From contig CAIOOC010000596.1 in assembly GCA_903859795.1 (NCBI GenBank), positions 1 through 27,993 of the forward strand: a DNA stretch of 27,993 nt, in the 5' to 3' direction. Positions 8,080 to 17,001 of the stretch are shown one piece after another (the first letter of the stretch is position 1; every line of letters begins with the position of its first letter). Under the pieces are notes generated by a model. It saw only the letters and a program-made list of their open reading frames with translations, did not search any database and had not been told where the DNA came from. Both the position numbers and the translations under genes were made by a program. The DNA is from an uncultured Bacteroidia bacterium. GTDB taxonomy: Bacteria > Bacteroidota > Bacteroidia > Bacteroidales > Prolixibacteraceae.

Positions 8080-9522
8080 ATGAGATATTTGCTTCTGATT
8101 ATTATCGCTCTTACTTTCAAAGATGGATGCCTTGCCGGTAAGTCGGATAAGAAATATTACGATGAAAAATACAGGCCTCAATATCATTTTACACCTGAGA
8201 AAAACTGGATGAATGACCCTAACGGACTTGTTTATTATGGGGGTGAGTATCATCTGTTCTACCAGTATAATCCTAACGGGAAAGAGTGGGGCTTTATGCA
8301 TTGGGGACATGCAATCAGTAAAGACCTGATCCATTGGGAGCATCTTCCATTGGCTATTATGCCTGATGAAGATTCAAAAGATAAAAATCATGCAACTGCC
8401 TTCTCCGGGTGTGCGATAGTCGACGAAAATAACACTACAGGACTACAGCAGGGGGCTGAGAAAACTCTGCTCGTTTTTTATACAAGCTGGGAGTGTGGAC
8501 AACGGCTTGCTTATAGTACTGATAAAGGACGTACCTGGACGAAATACGCGAAGAATCCGATTATCCCCTTTGCAAAGGATGACGCTCGTGATCCAAAGGT
8601 GTTTTTTCACCGTCCTTCGGGAAATTGGGTAATGGCACTCTACAGAAAACCTGAAAATGATGCAAAAAATCAGGGAATTTCGATTTATACTTCTAAGAAT
8701 CTTATTGACTGGGAATTGCAGAGTCATACTACAGGATTTTATGAATGTCCTGACCTGTTTGAAGTGCCTCTTGACGGGGATAAGGCGAAAACAAAATGGG
8801 TGTTGCTCGGTGGAACCGGCGAATATCAGGTAGGTACTTTTGATGGTAAGAAATTTGAACCTGAAACGAAAAAGAAAATTCTGGATTACGGTAAGAATTT
8901 TTATGCCACCCAGACTTGGGCAAACCAACCCGATGGTAAAATAGTCCAGCTTGCATGGATGAAGGGGGGAGAATATCCGGATATGCCATTTTGCGGACAG
9001 ATGACATTTCCATGCGAGCTCTCCCTGAAAACAACTAAATCAGGCCCTACACTTTGCAAAAAGCCTGTAAATGCCATTGCAACCTTGCATGACAAAGGGG
9101 TCGTTAAGAAAAAGAAAAATATTATTCCCGGGCTAAGAGGAAATATTTTGAGTGGAATCTCGGGCGATGCGATTCATATCAAGGCTGTTTTCAATCCTGA
9201 AAGTTCGGATGGTTTTGGCTTTATTGTCCGAAACGGTAAAAAAGAGATTGGAACAGAGATCAGGTATGATTCGAATAAAAAAATTCTTGAATGCCTTGGA
9301 GGACGCGCATTTGTCGAGCCTGTTAATGGGCTGGTACGATTTGAAATACTTCTCGATCGTACATCGATTGAGATTTTTGCCAATGACGGTGAGGTTGTTA
9401 TGAGCAGTTGTTTTGTCCCAACCGAAAATGACAAAGAGCTGACATTCTGGACGCAGGGTGGCGAAGTGATGGTTGAAGATTTGGAAGCGTATGAATTAAA
9501 GTCTTCATGGAAGGCGAAATAA
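8080..9522 (+). CDS. Secreted glycoside hydrolase family 32 (beta-fructofuranosidase/levanase)
   Basis: Signal peptide. Catalytic motifs WMNDPNG, RDP and EC(P), plus HLFYQYNP, HWGHA, FSG, and a C-terminal beta-sandwich with DRTSIEIF. Confidence 0.95.
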   Translation: MRYLLLIIIALTFKDGCLAGKSDKKYYDEKYRPQYHFTPEKNWMNDPNGLVYYGGEYHLFYQYNPNGKEWGFMHWGHAISKDLIHWEHLPLAIMPDEDSKDKNHATAFSGCAIVDENNTTGLQQGAEKTLLVFYTSWECGQRLAYSTDKGRTWTKYAKNPIIPFAKDDARDPKVFFHRPSGNWVMALYRKPENDAKNQGISIYTSKNLIDWELQSHTTGFYECPDLFEVPLDGDKAKTKWVLLGGTGEYQVGTFDGKKFEPETKKKILDYGKNFYATQTWANQPDGKIVQLAWMKGGEYPDMPFCGQMTFPCELSLKTTKSGPTLCKKPVNAIATLHDKGVVKKKKNIIPGLRGNILSGISGDAIHIKAVFNPESSDGFGFIVRNGKKEIGTEIRYDSNKKILECLGGRAFVEPVNGLVRFEILLDRTSIEIFANDGEVVMSSCFVPTENDKELTFWTQGGEVMVEDLEAYELKSSWKAK

Positions 9523-9531
9523 GGGAAAGGA

Positions 9532-9603
9532 CGACTGAACGACTGAACGACTGAACGAAGAGGCGAAGGGGCGAAGAGGCGAAGGGGCGAAGCGGCGAAG
9601 GGG
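9532..9603. repeat. Period-8 tandem array (CGACTGAA x3 then CGAAGNGG x6), 9 units
   Basis: CGA at 9532, 9540, ... 9596, immediately 3' of the GH32 stop. Reverse-complement counterpart of 6577-6700. Confidence 0.95.
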
Positions 9604-9658
9604 TGTCTAGTCCTGAAATAGGTTTACAGAAAAGGTAAACTAAAATAAGAATTATGAA
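9604..9658 (+). mobile_element. Putative IS3-family left-end remnant (copy B)
   Basis: TGTCTAGTCCTGAAATAGGTTTACAGAAAAGGTAAACTAAAATAAGAATTATGAA, an inverted near-identical copy of 6522-6576. No transposase ORF follows. Confidence 0.5.
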
Positions 9659-9936
9659 CTTTGTGAACCAACGATCATAAAAACTATCGAAGACAACTTT
9701 ACTGAGAGATAGAATTGCCAGCTAAATTGGTTTATTCAAAATCTAACATAAATTAATTCTTTCCCGGATTCTGAAGATTTGAATTCATAATACAGATAAG
9801 GTATAAATCATAGCGTAAAGCTGGATTTTTTGCGTTTAAAAAAAAGACGAATCCATACTGGTTTACAAAAACAATCCGCCAGGAAAGTGGTTATAGTAAT
9901 GTGCGGGGACAGAACTTTTGGGTAAAATTTTATCCC

Positions 9937-9944
9937 TACATTTG
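9937..9944 (+). promoter_or_regulatory. -7 promoter element for dxs
   Basis: TACATTTG about 35 nt upstream of ATG 9980, with TTTG at 9917-9920. Confidence 0.55.
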
Positions 9945-9979
9945 CATTTTAAAATTGGTAGTAATTTTTTATTGCTATA

Positions 9980-11938
9980 ATGATTGATTCAGAAAACAAT
10001 TTGCTTAATAATATTGATTCCCCGGTGGATCTTAGAAAGCTTAAGGAAGCTGAACTTCCCCAGGTTTGTTCGGAGCTCAGGGAGTTTATCATACGCGAGG
10101 CAGCGTCGAATCCCGGTCACCTTGGTGCTAACCTTGGCGTAGTTGATTTGACAGTTGCACTTCATTATGCTTATAATACCCCTTATGATCAATTAATTTG
10201 GGACGTAGGGCATCAGGCTTACAGCCATAAAATACTTACAGGCCGTCGGAGGGTTTTTGGCACAAACCGGATCTATAAAGGAATCAGTGGGTTCCCTAAA
10301 ATATCTGAAAGCGAATATGATGCCTTTGGTGTCGGACACTCCTCAACTTCCATTTCAGCCGCTTTGGGTATTGCTGTTGCCTCTGACTTAAAGGGTGAAA
10401 AAGACCGGAAAGTGATTGCTGTAATCGGAGATGGTTCAATGACGGGGGGAATGGCTTTCGAAGGGCTGAATAATGCCGGCGCCTCAAATGCCGATGTTCT
10501 GGTAATCCTGAACTACAATAATATGTCGATTGATCCCAACGTGGGAGGAATCAGTAAATATTTTGTTCAGATGCAGATATCGCCTGCCTATAACAGTCTG
10601 AAGACAAAGATCTGGAAAGCATTGGGTAAGTTTAAGTGGATAGGACCTTTGGCGCGGAAGATGCTACAACAGCAGCAGCAGGCGCTGAAATCGGTGGTTT
10701 TTCGCGAAAGTAACCTGTTTGAATCATTCGGATTTCGGTATTTCGGCCCAGTTGACGGTCATGATGTAGTCGGACTAGTCCGTATATTTCATGATTTAAA
10801 GGCTATTCCGGGACCCAAGATCCTTCATGTAGTCACTAAAAAAGGGAAAGGGTTTACTCCTGCTGAGAATGATGCGACCAAATGGCATGCAGCACCAGGT
10901 AAATTTGATATCCAAACCGGCGAAGTATTTACAAACACTTCAGATATTCCTGAATCTCCTAAGTATCAATATGTTTTTGGCAAAACAATTATTGAGCTCG
11001 CAGAACAAAACGAAAAAATTGTCGGGATAACACCCGCCATGCCCTCGGGTTGTTCACTGAATATGATGATGAATGTCTATCCACACCGAACTTTCGATGT
11101 GGGTATTGCCGAACCCCATGCTGTCACTTTTGCTGCAGGTCTAGCTGTTGGCGGAATGTTGCCATTTGTAAATATCTATTCATCGTTTATGCAACGATCA
11201 TACGATCAGATCATTCATGATGTAGCACTCCAAAAACTTAATGTAGTATTCTGTTTGGACCGGGGAGGCCTTGTCGGAGCTGATGGCCCTACTCATCACG
11301 GGGTTTTTGATCTTGCATTTATGCGGAATATTCCAAACATGATTGTTTCTGCACCGATGGATCAGGTTGAGTTACGTAACCTGATGTATACTGCCCAGCT
11401 CCCTGCAATGGGTCCTTTCAGTATTCGTTATCCCCGAGGAAATGGGCCGCAGTTGGAATGGAAACAGAAATTTCAGAAGATACCTGTCGGCAAAGGAAGA
11501 AAAATCTCTGAGGGCAACGACCTCGCGTTTTTGTCTATAGGCCATGCAGGTAATATGGTGGTAGAATCAGTTGCCAGGCTTGAAAAAGAAGGAATAAATT
11601 GCTCACATTACGATATGCGATTTGTAGCTCCTATCGATCAGAGTATTCTCGATGAGGTCGCTGCAAAGTTCGACACGGTTATTACAGTGGAGGATGGTAT
11701 CATCGAAGGTGGTCTTGGGAGTGCGGTTGCCGAATATTTTGCGTTGTCAGACAAACACGTCTCAGTTACCCGTTTAGGAGTTCCTGTCCGGTTCATTGAA
11801 CATGGGACACAGGAAGAACTCTATCGTGAATGTGGATTCGACGCGGATGGAATATGCCGTGCCGTACGTAAATTAATAGACCGCAGAGAAAGACGATTGA
11901 ACCCCTTCCTGCCACGAAAAAAGGGCGATGGTTTATAG
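9980..11938 (+). CDS. dxs: 1-deoxy-D-xylulose-5-phosphate synthase
   Basis: GHLGANLG, WDVGHQAY.HKILTGR, GHSSTSISA, TPP motif GDGSMTGG...N, YFGPVDGH, DVGIAE, DRGGLVGADGPTHHG, IRYPRG. Confidence 0.97.
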   Translation: MIDSENNLLNNIDSPVDLRKLKEAELPQVCSELREFIIREAASNPGHLGANLGVVDLTVALHYAYNTPYDQLIWDVGHQAYSHKILTGRRRVFGTNRIYKGISGFPKISESEYDAFGVGHSSTSISAALGIAVASDLKGEKDRKVIAVIGDGSMTGGMAFEGLNNAGASNADVLVILNYNNMSIDPNVGGISKYFVQMQISPAYNSLKTKIWKALGKFKWIGPLARKMLQQQQQALKSVVFRESNLFESFGFRYFGPVDGHDVVGLVRIFHDLKAIPGPKILHVVTKKGKGFTPAENDATKWHAAPGKFDIQTGEVFTNTSDIPESPKYQYVFGKTIIELAEQNEKIVGITPAMPSGCSLNMMMNVYPHRTFDVGIAEPHAVTFAAGLAVGGMLPFVNIYSSFMQRSYDQIIHDVALQKLNVVFCLDRGGLVGADGPTHHGVFDLAFMRNIPNMIVSAPMDQVELRNLMYTAQLPAMGPFSIRYPRGNGPQLEWKQKFQKIPVGKGRKISEGNDLAFLSIGHAGNMVVESVARLEKEGINCSHYDMRFVAPIDQSILDEVAAKFDTVITVEDGIIEGGLGSAVAEYFALSDKHVSVTRLGVPVRFIEHGTQEELYRECGFDADGICRAVRKLIDRRERRLNPFLPRKKGDGL

Positions 11939-11963
11939 AGACAGGTTTGAAACCCATCTCAAC
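11935..11963. repeat. Degenerate GTAG-type REP-like palindrome overlapping the dxs stop
   Basis: atagagacaggtttgaaacccatctcaac is an imperfect hairpin resembling a GTAGAGAC-AGGTTT/AAACCT-GTCTCTAC unit. Confidence 0.4.
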
Positions 11964-12006
11964 AAACCTAACGAAAAATTTTATTCGGTAGTATTGGAAA
12001 TTTTTG

Positions 12007-12014
12007 TATTTTTG
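12007..12014 (+). promoter_or_regulatory. -7 promoter element for yceD-rpmF
   Basis: TATTTTTG 26 nt upstream of ATG 12041. Confidence 0.6.
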
Positions 12015-12040
12015 CAATTCTTAAAACAGAGAGGAACGTT

Positions 12041-12574
12041 ATGAACTACCTTTCACAATATAAAATACCGTTTTCGGGTCTAAAAGAGGGGGAACATTTA
12101 TTTGATTTTTCTGTAGACGACCGATTTTTTGCCGAATTCGAAGAGAGTGAAATTACGAAAGGGAGGGTCAATATCCAGATTAAACTGGAAAAACGGACTA
12201 CTTATCTGAGGTTGACTTTTGTTTTTAAAGGGAAGGTGGAATTACTTTGTGACCGCTGCCTTGAGTATTATTCTCAACCGATTAAAGGGAACAATCCGAT
12301 GTTGGTCAAGTTTAGCGAAACGGAGACTGACGATGGTGACGAGGTGATTTTTATACATCCCGGATCACATGAGATAGAGGTAGCCCAGTTGATATATGAA
12401 TTTATTGTTTTAAGTATCCCGATCAGGCATGTTCATCCTGTAGGAAAGAACGGCGAAAGCCTCTGTAACCCGGAAATGCTTGATAAATTAGATGAATATA
12501 CAATTCCTGATTTACATGAGGGTCAGCAGGCAGATCCCCGATGGAACGATTTGAAAAAAATTATTGATAAATAA
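12041..12574 (+). CDS. yceD: DUF177/YceD family 23S rRNA accumulation protein
   Basis: CDRCL motif, YEFIVLSIP, C-terminal DPRWNDLKK, and position directly upstream of rpmF. Confidence 0.92.
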   Translation: MNYLSQYKIPFSGLKEGEHLFDFSVDDRFFAEFEESEITKGRVNIQIKLEKRTTYLRLTFVFKGKVELLCDRCLEYYSQPIKGNNPMLVKFSETETDDGDEVIFIHPGSHEIEVAQLIYEFIVLSIPIRHVHPVGKNGESLCNPEMLDKLDEYTIPDLHEGQQADPRWNDLKKIIDK

Positions 12575-12591
12575 AGTAAAGATTATTAAAA

Positions 12592-12777
12592 ATGGCACAT
12601 CCTAAGCACAAACATTCGAAGACGAGAAGAGATAAACGCAGAACACATGACAAGGCAGTTCCGGCTACTTTGGCAACCTGCTCAAACTGCGGCGCGACTG
12701 TGAAATTTCACACCGTATGTCAGGAGTGTGGTTATTACAGAGGTAAACTGGCAATTGAAAAAATAGCAGCTCTCTAA
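12592..12777 (+). CDS. rpmF: 50S ribosomal protein bL32 (zinc-ribbon form)
   Basis: MAHPKHKHSKTRRDKRRTH, CSNC...HTVCQECGYYRG. Confidence 0.98.
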   Translation: MAHPKHKHSKTRRDKRRTHDKAVPATLATCSNCGATVKFHTVCQECGYYRGKLAIEKIAAL

Positions 12778-12917
12778 TATTCTAATCGGGGTCTTCAGTT
12801 ATTGGTTGATACTTCATCAATTTAAGTGATTCTGAGCTCTGGCGAATTTTATCTGTTCGATTGAAATTGAGCGATTTTAGGTGATTTTTGTTTCATATCC
12901 ACTTAAAGCAATTGTAA

Positions 12918-13313
12918 ATGGCCAAGCCAACTTTCAATGAAGTTAAAGCGCTGAATTCCATTGCGCAAGACACGACAATAACAGGAAATATCGAGTCGGA
13001 TGGAGATTTTCGCCTCGATGGAATTCTGGACGGTATCCTTAATTGTAAAGGACGCGTTGTACTTGGATCAGAGGCCCGCCTTCGGGGCGAAATTCATTCC
13101 AATACCGCTGAAATTGCCGGAACTGTTGAAGGTGAAATTACTGTAACGGACCTTTTATCGTTAAAATCGACTGCCGTCATTACCGGTGACCTGATCATGG
13201 GAAGGTTCTCGGTTGAACCGGGTGCCCGCTTTTCGGGAATCTGTAAAATGAATGCAGGGGAAAAAGCTCCTATGGACATCGAGTTTACAGGATTAAGAAG
13301 GGAGATTGGTTAA
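12918..13313 (+). CDS. Bactofilin (polymer-forming cytoskeletal protein)
   Basis: IAQDTTITGNIESDGDFRLDG...GTVEGEI...ITGDL...VEPGARFSGICKM beta-helix repeats. Confidence 0.92.
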   Translation: MAKPTFNEVKALNSIAQDTTITGNIESDGDFRLDGILDGILNCKGRVVLGSEARLRGEIHSNTAEIAGTVEGEITVTDLLSLKSTAVITGDLIMGRFSVEPGARFSGICKMNAGEKAPMDIEFTGLRREIG

Positions 13314-13335
13314 CAATCATTTCAATTTCGAAATG

Positions 13336-13372
13336 AGAGCCGGAAGGAAATAAGACCCTTCCGGCTCTTTTT
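13336..13372 (+). terminator. Rho-independent terminator
   Basis: agagccggaagg (13336-13347) pairs with ccttccggctct (13357-13368), followed by a T-run. Confidence 0.85.
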
Positions 13373-13515
13373 ATGACAAGGTTTATCTTATTACAATTTA
13401 TTTTCGTAAATTGTCAGAAATAAAGAACTCGTTGCTGAGACAAAAAGAGCGTTTGTAATCCGAAAACAGTGTTGGCAACTTTGGTTTTTAATTATCTGAA
13501 ATTCAATTATTAAAG

Positions 13516-14499
13516 ATGAATAGTTTAGAAAGTTCGGTCACATATTTTGAAGCCGCTTTTCGACAGGAGATAACAAAGATCAGTCAGACCAAACCACAGA
13601 AGCTTTATGAGCCTGTCGCCTACTCACTAATGATCGGAGGTAAGCGACTCAGACCTGCACTGATGTTACATTCTGCCTCATTGTTTTGTCAATCGGTGGA
13701 ACATGTACTGCCGATCGCAATGGCCATCGAAATCTTTCACAATTTCACCCTGCTCCATGATGATATTATGGACAAGGCAGAATTGCGCAGGGGGTTGCCA
13801 ACTGTTCATAAAAAATACAGCGAGAATACTGCTATTTTAAGCGGAGATGCGATGTCCATTCTTGCTTTTAAATATCTCGACAAAGGGAATAGTCCCAGGT
13901 TGCAGGAGTTGCTTACTTTGTTTTCGACAACGGCACTTGAGGTATGTGAAGGTCAACAACTGGATATGGATTTTGAAACCCGCGAACATGTTACTATTTC
14001 CGAATATCTCGAAATGATCCGTCTTAAGACTGCAGTACTTATTGCCAGCAGCCTGAAAATGGGCGCACTAATGGCAAATGCAGATCCTGAACATGCTGAT
14101 CTTCTTTACGAATACGGTATTAATGTGGGTCTTGCGTTTCAATTACAGGATGATTGGCTTGATGTCTATGGAGACCCGGATGTTTTTGGAAAAAAACAAG
14201 GCGGTGATATTTGCGCCAACAAGAAAACTTTCCTCCTGCTAAAAGCGGCTGAAGTTTGTACCTCTGCTATGTTGTTGGAATTAAATCACTGGCTGTTGAA
14301 AAAGGATTTTGATCCCATACAAAAAGTGGCTGCTATTACAGCTATCTATGAAAAAACCGGCGTTAGCGATGCTGCGCGTAATCTGATGCAGGAGTATCAT
14401 GACAAAGCGCTGGTTGCGCTCGGGATGGTGGGAATCCCTGCCGATCTTAAACAGGCACTCATTAAATTTGCTGGGGAAGCGATGGTAAGGGAGAAATAA
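13516..14499 (+). CDS. Short-chain polyprenyl diphosphate synthase (FPP/GGPP synthase, IspA family)
   Basis: GGKRLRP, FARM HNFTLLHDDIMD..RRG with an aromatic residue at -5 (short chain), GQQLD, KTA, SARM FQLQDDWLD. Confidence 0.92.
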   Translation: MNSLESSVTYFEAAFRQEITKISQTKPQKLYEPVAYSLMIGGKRLRPALMLHSASLFCQSVEHVLPIAMAIEIFHNFTLLHDDIMDKAELRRGLPTVHKKYSENTAILSGDAMSILAFKYLDKGNSPRLQELLTLFSTTALEVCEGQQLDMDFETREHVTISEYLEMIRLKTAVLIASSLKMGALMANADPEHADLLYEYGINVGLAFQLQDDWLDVYGDPDVFGKKQGGDICANKKTFLLLKAAEVCTSAMLLELNHWLLKKDFDPIQKVAAITAIYEKTGVSDAARNLMQEYHDKALVALGMVGIPADLKQALIKFAGEAMVREK

Positions 14500-14545
14500 C
14501 CCCGACATTGTAAATATATTAATAAAAAATTTCAAGTACCGAAAA

Positions 14546-15499
14546 ATGAAGGTTATCGATATTATTCAGAAATCGGAGAAAACAGTTTTCTCATTCGAAT
14601 TACTCCCTCCACTGAAAGGACAAAACGCGGAAAAACTTTACCGTACAATCGATGAATTAGTTGATTATAATCCTCAGTATATCAACATTACAACTCATCG
14701 TGATGAGGTTGAGTTCCGTGAGTTGCCAGGTGGACTGATGGAGAAAAGAATTGTCAGAAAACGGCCAGGTACTGTGGCAATTGCTGCTGCCATTCAACAT
14801 GCATATAAGATTCCTGTTGTCCCTCATGTGGTGTGCGGTGGATTTACCCGGGAAGAGACCGAAAATATTCTGTTGGATCTCAATTTTCTGGGTGTCAAAA
14901 ATGTTCTGGCACTACGTGGTGACGGACTTAAATCACAAAGTGCTTTTATGCCAGAAAATCAGGGTCATTCACACGCAAAAGAACTTGTTGAGCAGATTGT
15001 GAATCTTAAACGCGGGAAATACCTTGACCCTGAAATTAAAAACAATACGCCACTTGACTTTTGTATTGGGGTCGCCGGCTATCCTGAAAAACATTTCGAA
15101 GCCTCAAACCTGGAGATCGATTTGCTAAACCTTAAGGAAAAAGTTGATGCAGGTGCCGATTACATTGTTACTCAAATGTTCTTCGATAATCAAAAGTATT
15201 ATGACTTTGTCGACCGTTGCAGGGCAATAGGCATCACTGTACCGATAATTCCTGGCATTAAACCCCTTGCAATGATGAACCAGATTACGGTGCTACCTAA
15301 GTTATTTAGTATTGATATTCCTGAAGTGTTCGCCCGTGAAGTACGCAAATGCAAATCGAATGATGAAGCACGGATGGTTGGTACAGAATGGGCTATCGAA
15401 CAATCCCGCGATTTAATTGCCCATAAAGTGCCTTGTCTCCATATTTACACCTATGGAATCTCAGATAATACCCGGCAAATTGCCAAGGCGGTGATTTAA
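14546..15499 (+). CDS. metF: Methylenetetrahydrofolate reductase
   Basis: FSFELLPP, LALRGD, GVAGYPEKH, KVDAGADYIVTQMFFDN, VPIIPGI, LHIYT. Confidence 0.95.
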   Translation: MKVIDIIQKSEKTVFSFELLPPLKGQNAEKLYRTIDELVDYNPQYINITTHRDEVEFRELPGGLMEKRIVRKRPGTVAIAAAIQHAYKIPVVPHVVCGGFTREETENILLDLNFLGVKNVLALRGDGLKSQSAFMPENQGHSHAKELVEQIVNLKRGKYLDPEIKNNTPLDFCIGVAGYPEKHFEASNLEIDLLNLKEKVDAGADYIVTQMFFDNQKYYDFVDRCRAIGITVPIIPGIKPLAMMNQITVLPKLFSIDIPEVFAREVRKCKSNDEARMVGTEWAIEQSRDLIAHKVPCLHIYTYGISDNTRQIAKAVI

Positions 15500-15540
15500 T
15501 TGCTAAACTGCGTATAAAATAATCGTAATAACTGTTAATC

Positions 15541-16599
15541 ATGATATTAAAAATAGGCGACAAAGTAAGATTCTTGAATGAAGTTGGTGGTGGTCGTATT
15601 ACTTCTGTTGTCAGTAAGGATATGGTAAATGTAGAAACGGATGACGGGTTCGAGGTCCCAACACTGATTAACAATCTGATCGTGGTTAACGCTGCTGATG
15701 CTTACGACAGCAGCAGATCGCGAAACACAGTTGTCCAGTCAAAACCCCAGACTGTTACAGAAAAAAAGCCGGTGAAACCTGAAGAACCCTGGTTTTCAGA
15801 TAAAAACCAAGTGAGTGGCAAGGATGATCCTCAATATCTTTTTGTTCTTGTTCCGGAAGTTCCTTCCAACCCGCCAACCGGAAATATTTCGATATACCTG
15901 GTTAATAACTGTAACGATACACTTCTTTACCGCTTTTCGCAAAAAACAAAATATAATTTCGAAACGATTGCCGCCGGTTCTGCAAGCCCTAATACCAAAG
16001 TTTACCTGGGTTTAATTAAACCGGAGATGATTGCAGATCTGCCTGTCTACTGCTTTCAATGGCTGAGTTTCAGAAAACGAACCAAAGATCTTGAACCTTT
16101 TAAGCAAAAAGAGATTATTTTATCAGCCGTTAAGTTTTACAAACAGAATGCCTTTGCTATGTCCCGGTTCTTCAAGGTTCCAGTTATGATGATTCAGCTC
16201 CATGAGAATCCTCTTAAGGCTGAACTTGAAAAATTGTCAGAGCGCGATTTTCAACAGGCAATTGGAGTGAAAGAACCCCAAAAGAGAGAGCCGGTGGCTG
16301 CACTTCCGGATAATGATCTGGTTGAAATTGATCTCCATATCCATGAACTGCTCGATAATTTTGCTAACCTGACCAACGCAGAAATGCTTACGGTTCAAAT
16401 GAACAAATTTCATGAAGAGCTGGCAAAGGCGATAATTTCAGGCGCTAAAAAGATTGTATTTATTCACGGGGTAGGAAACGGAACACTCAAAAATGAACTG
16501 CGTCGCGAATTGCAGCGTAAATATGCCAAATATCCGATGCAGGATGCCTCATTCAGGGAATATGGATTTGGAGCGACCATAGTGATTCTCAGGAAATGA
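15541..16599 (+). CDS. DUF2027 / Smr (small MutS-related) domain protein
   Basis: N-terminal KIGDKVRFLNEVGGG...DGFEVP and C-terminal Smr IDLHI...FIHGVGNGTLK...YGFGAT. Confidence 0.9.
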   Translation: MILKIGDKVRFLNEVGGGRITSVVSKDMVNVETDDGFEVPTLINNLIVVNAADAYDSSRSRNTVVQSKPQTVTEKKPVKPEEPWFSDKNQVSGKDDPQYLFVLVPEVPSNPPTGNISIYLVNNCNDTLLYRFSQKTKYNFETIAAGSASPNTKVYLGLIKPEMIADLPVYCFQWLSFRKRTKDLEPFKQKEIILSAVKFYKQNAFAMSRFFKVPVMMIQLHENPLKAELEKLSERDFQQAIGVKEPQKREPVAALPDNDLVEIDLHIHELLDNFANLTNAEMLTVQMNKFHEELAKAIISGAKKIVFIHGVGNGTLKNELRRELQRKYAKYPMQDASFREYGFGATIVILRK

Positions 16600-16669
16600 A
16601 AAGGTGAAGGTTTTTAGCGCGGCATTGCTGCTGGTAGCTGGCAACTGGCTACGAATAGTCTAATTACAT

Positions 16670-16864
16670 CCCGCAGATTTCACTCGAATAAAATTAGATT
16701 AACTTATTTATATATAGATACTTGATTCTCGCGGAACCCTCATGAATTTTATTCATCTTTTTTGTGAATGCTAGATCATCTATTTTTGTGGACGATGGTT
16801 CATGAGGGTTTCGCTGATTATCACAAATACTTTTTATTCTGCATTAATCTGAAGGATCTGCGGG
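16670..16864. repeat. Nested inverted repeats (MITE/REP-like)
   Basis: Outer pair cccgcagat (16670-16678) / atctgcggg (16856-16864). Inner pair gcggaaccctcatgaa (16731-16746) / ttcatgagggtttcgc (16799-16814), 15 of 16 Watson-Crick plus one G-U. Confidence 0.7.
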
Positions 16865-17001
16865 TGCCTGTAGTTTTCATTTTCTTTGTAGATTTGTCAT
16901 ATAGCAACGAAATTCTGAAACCCTGATTTTTAGTCCTGTTTTTATTTCCTATTTCTACTTATAGCTTGGTGTAATGCACCGGCAACCCAAATGTGAATAC
17001 T

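Noticed and set aside
9659..9979. Transposase pseudogene or right TIR after the copy B IS-like end
   Set aside because: The frame from ATG 9654 stops after 8 codons, and I could not find a convincing right-end TIR or transposase fragment.
10667..10681. QQQQQ (CAA-CAG4) tract in dxs as a phase-variation site
   Set aside because: A short in-frame triplet run in a variable region; slippage would not shift the frame.
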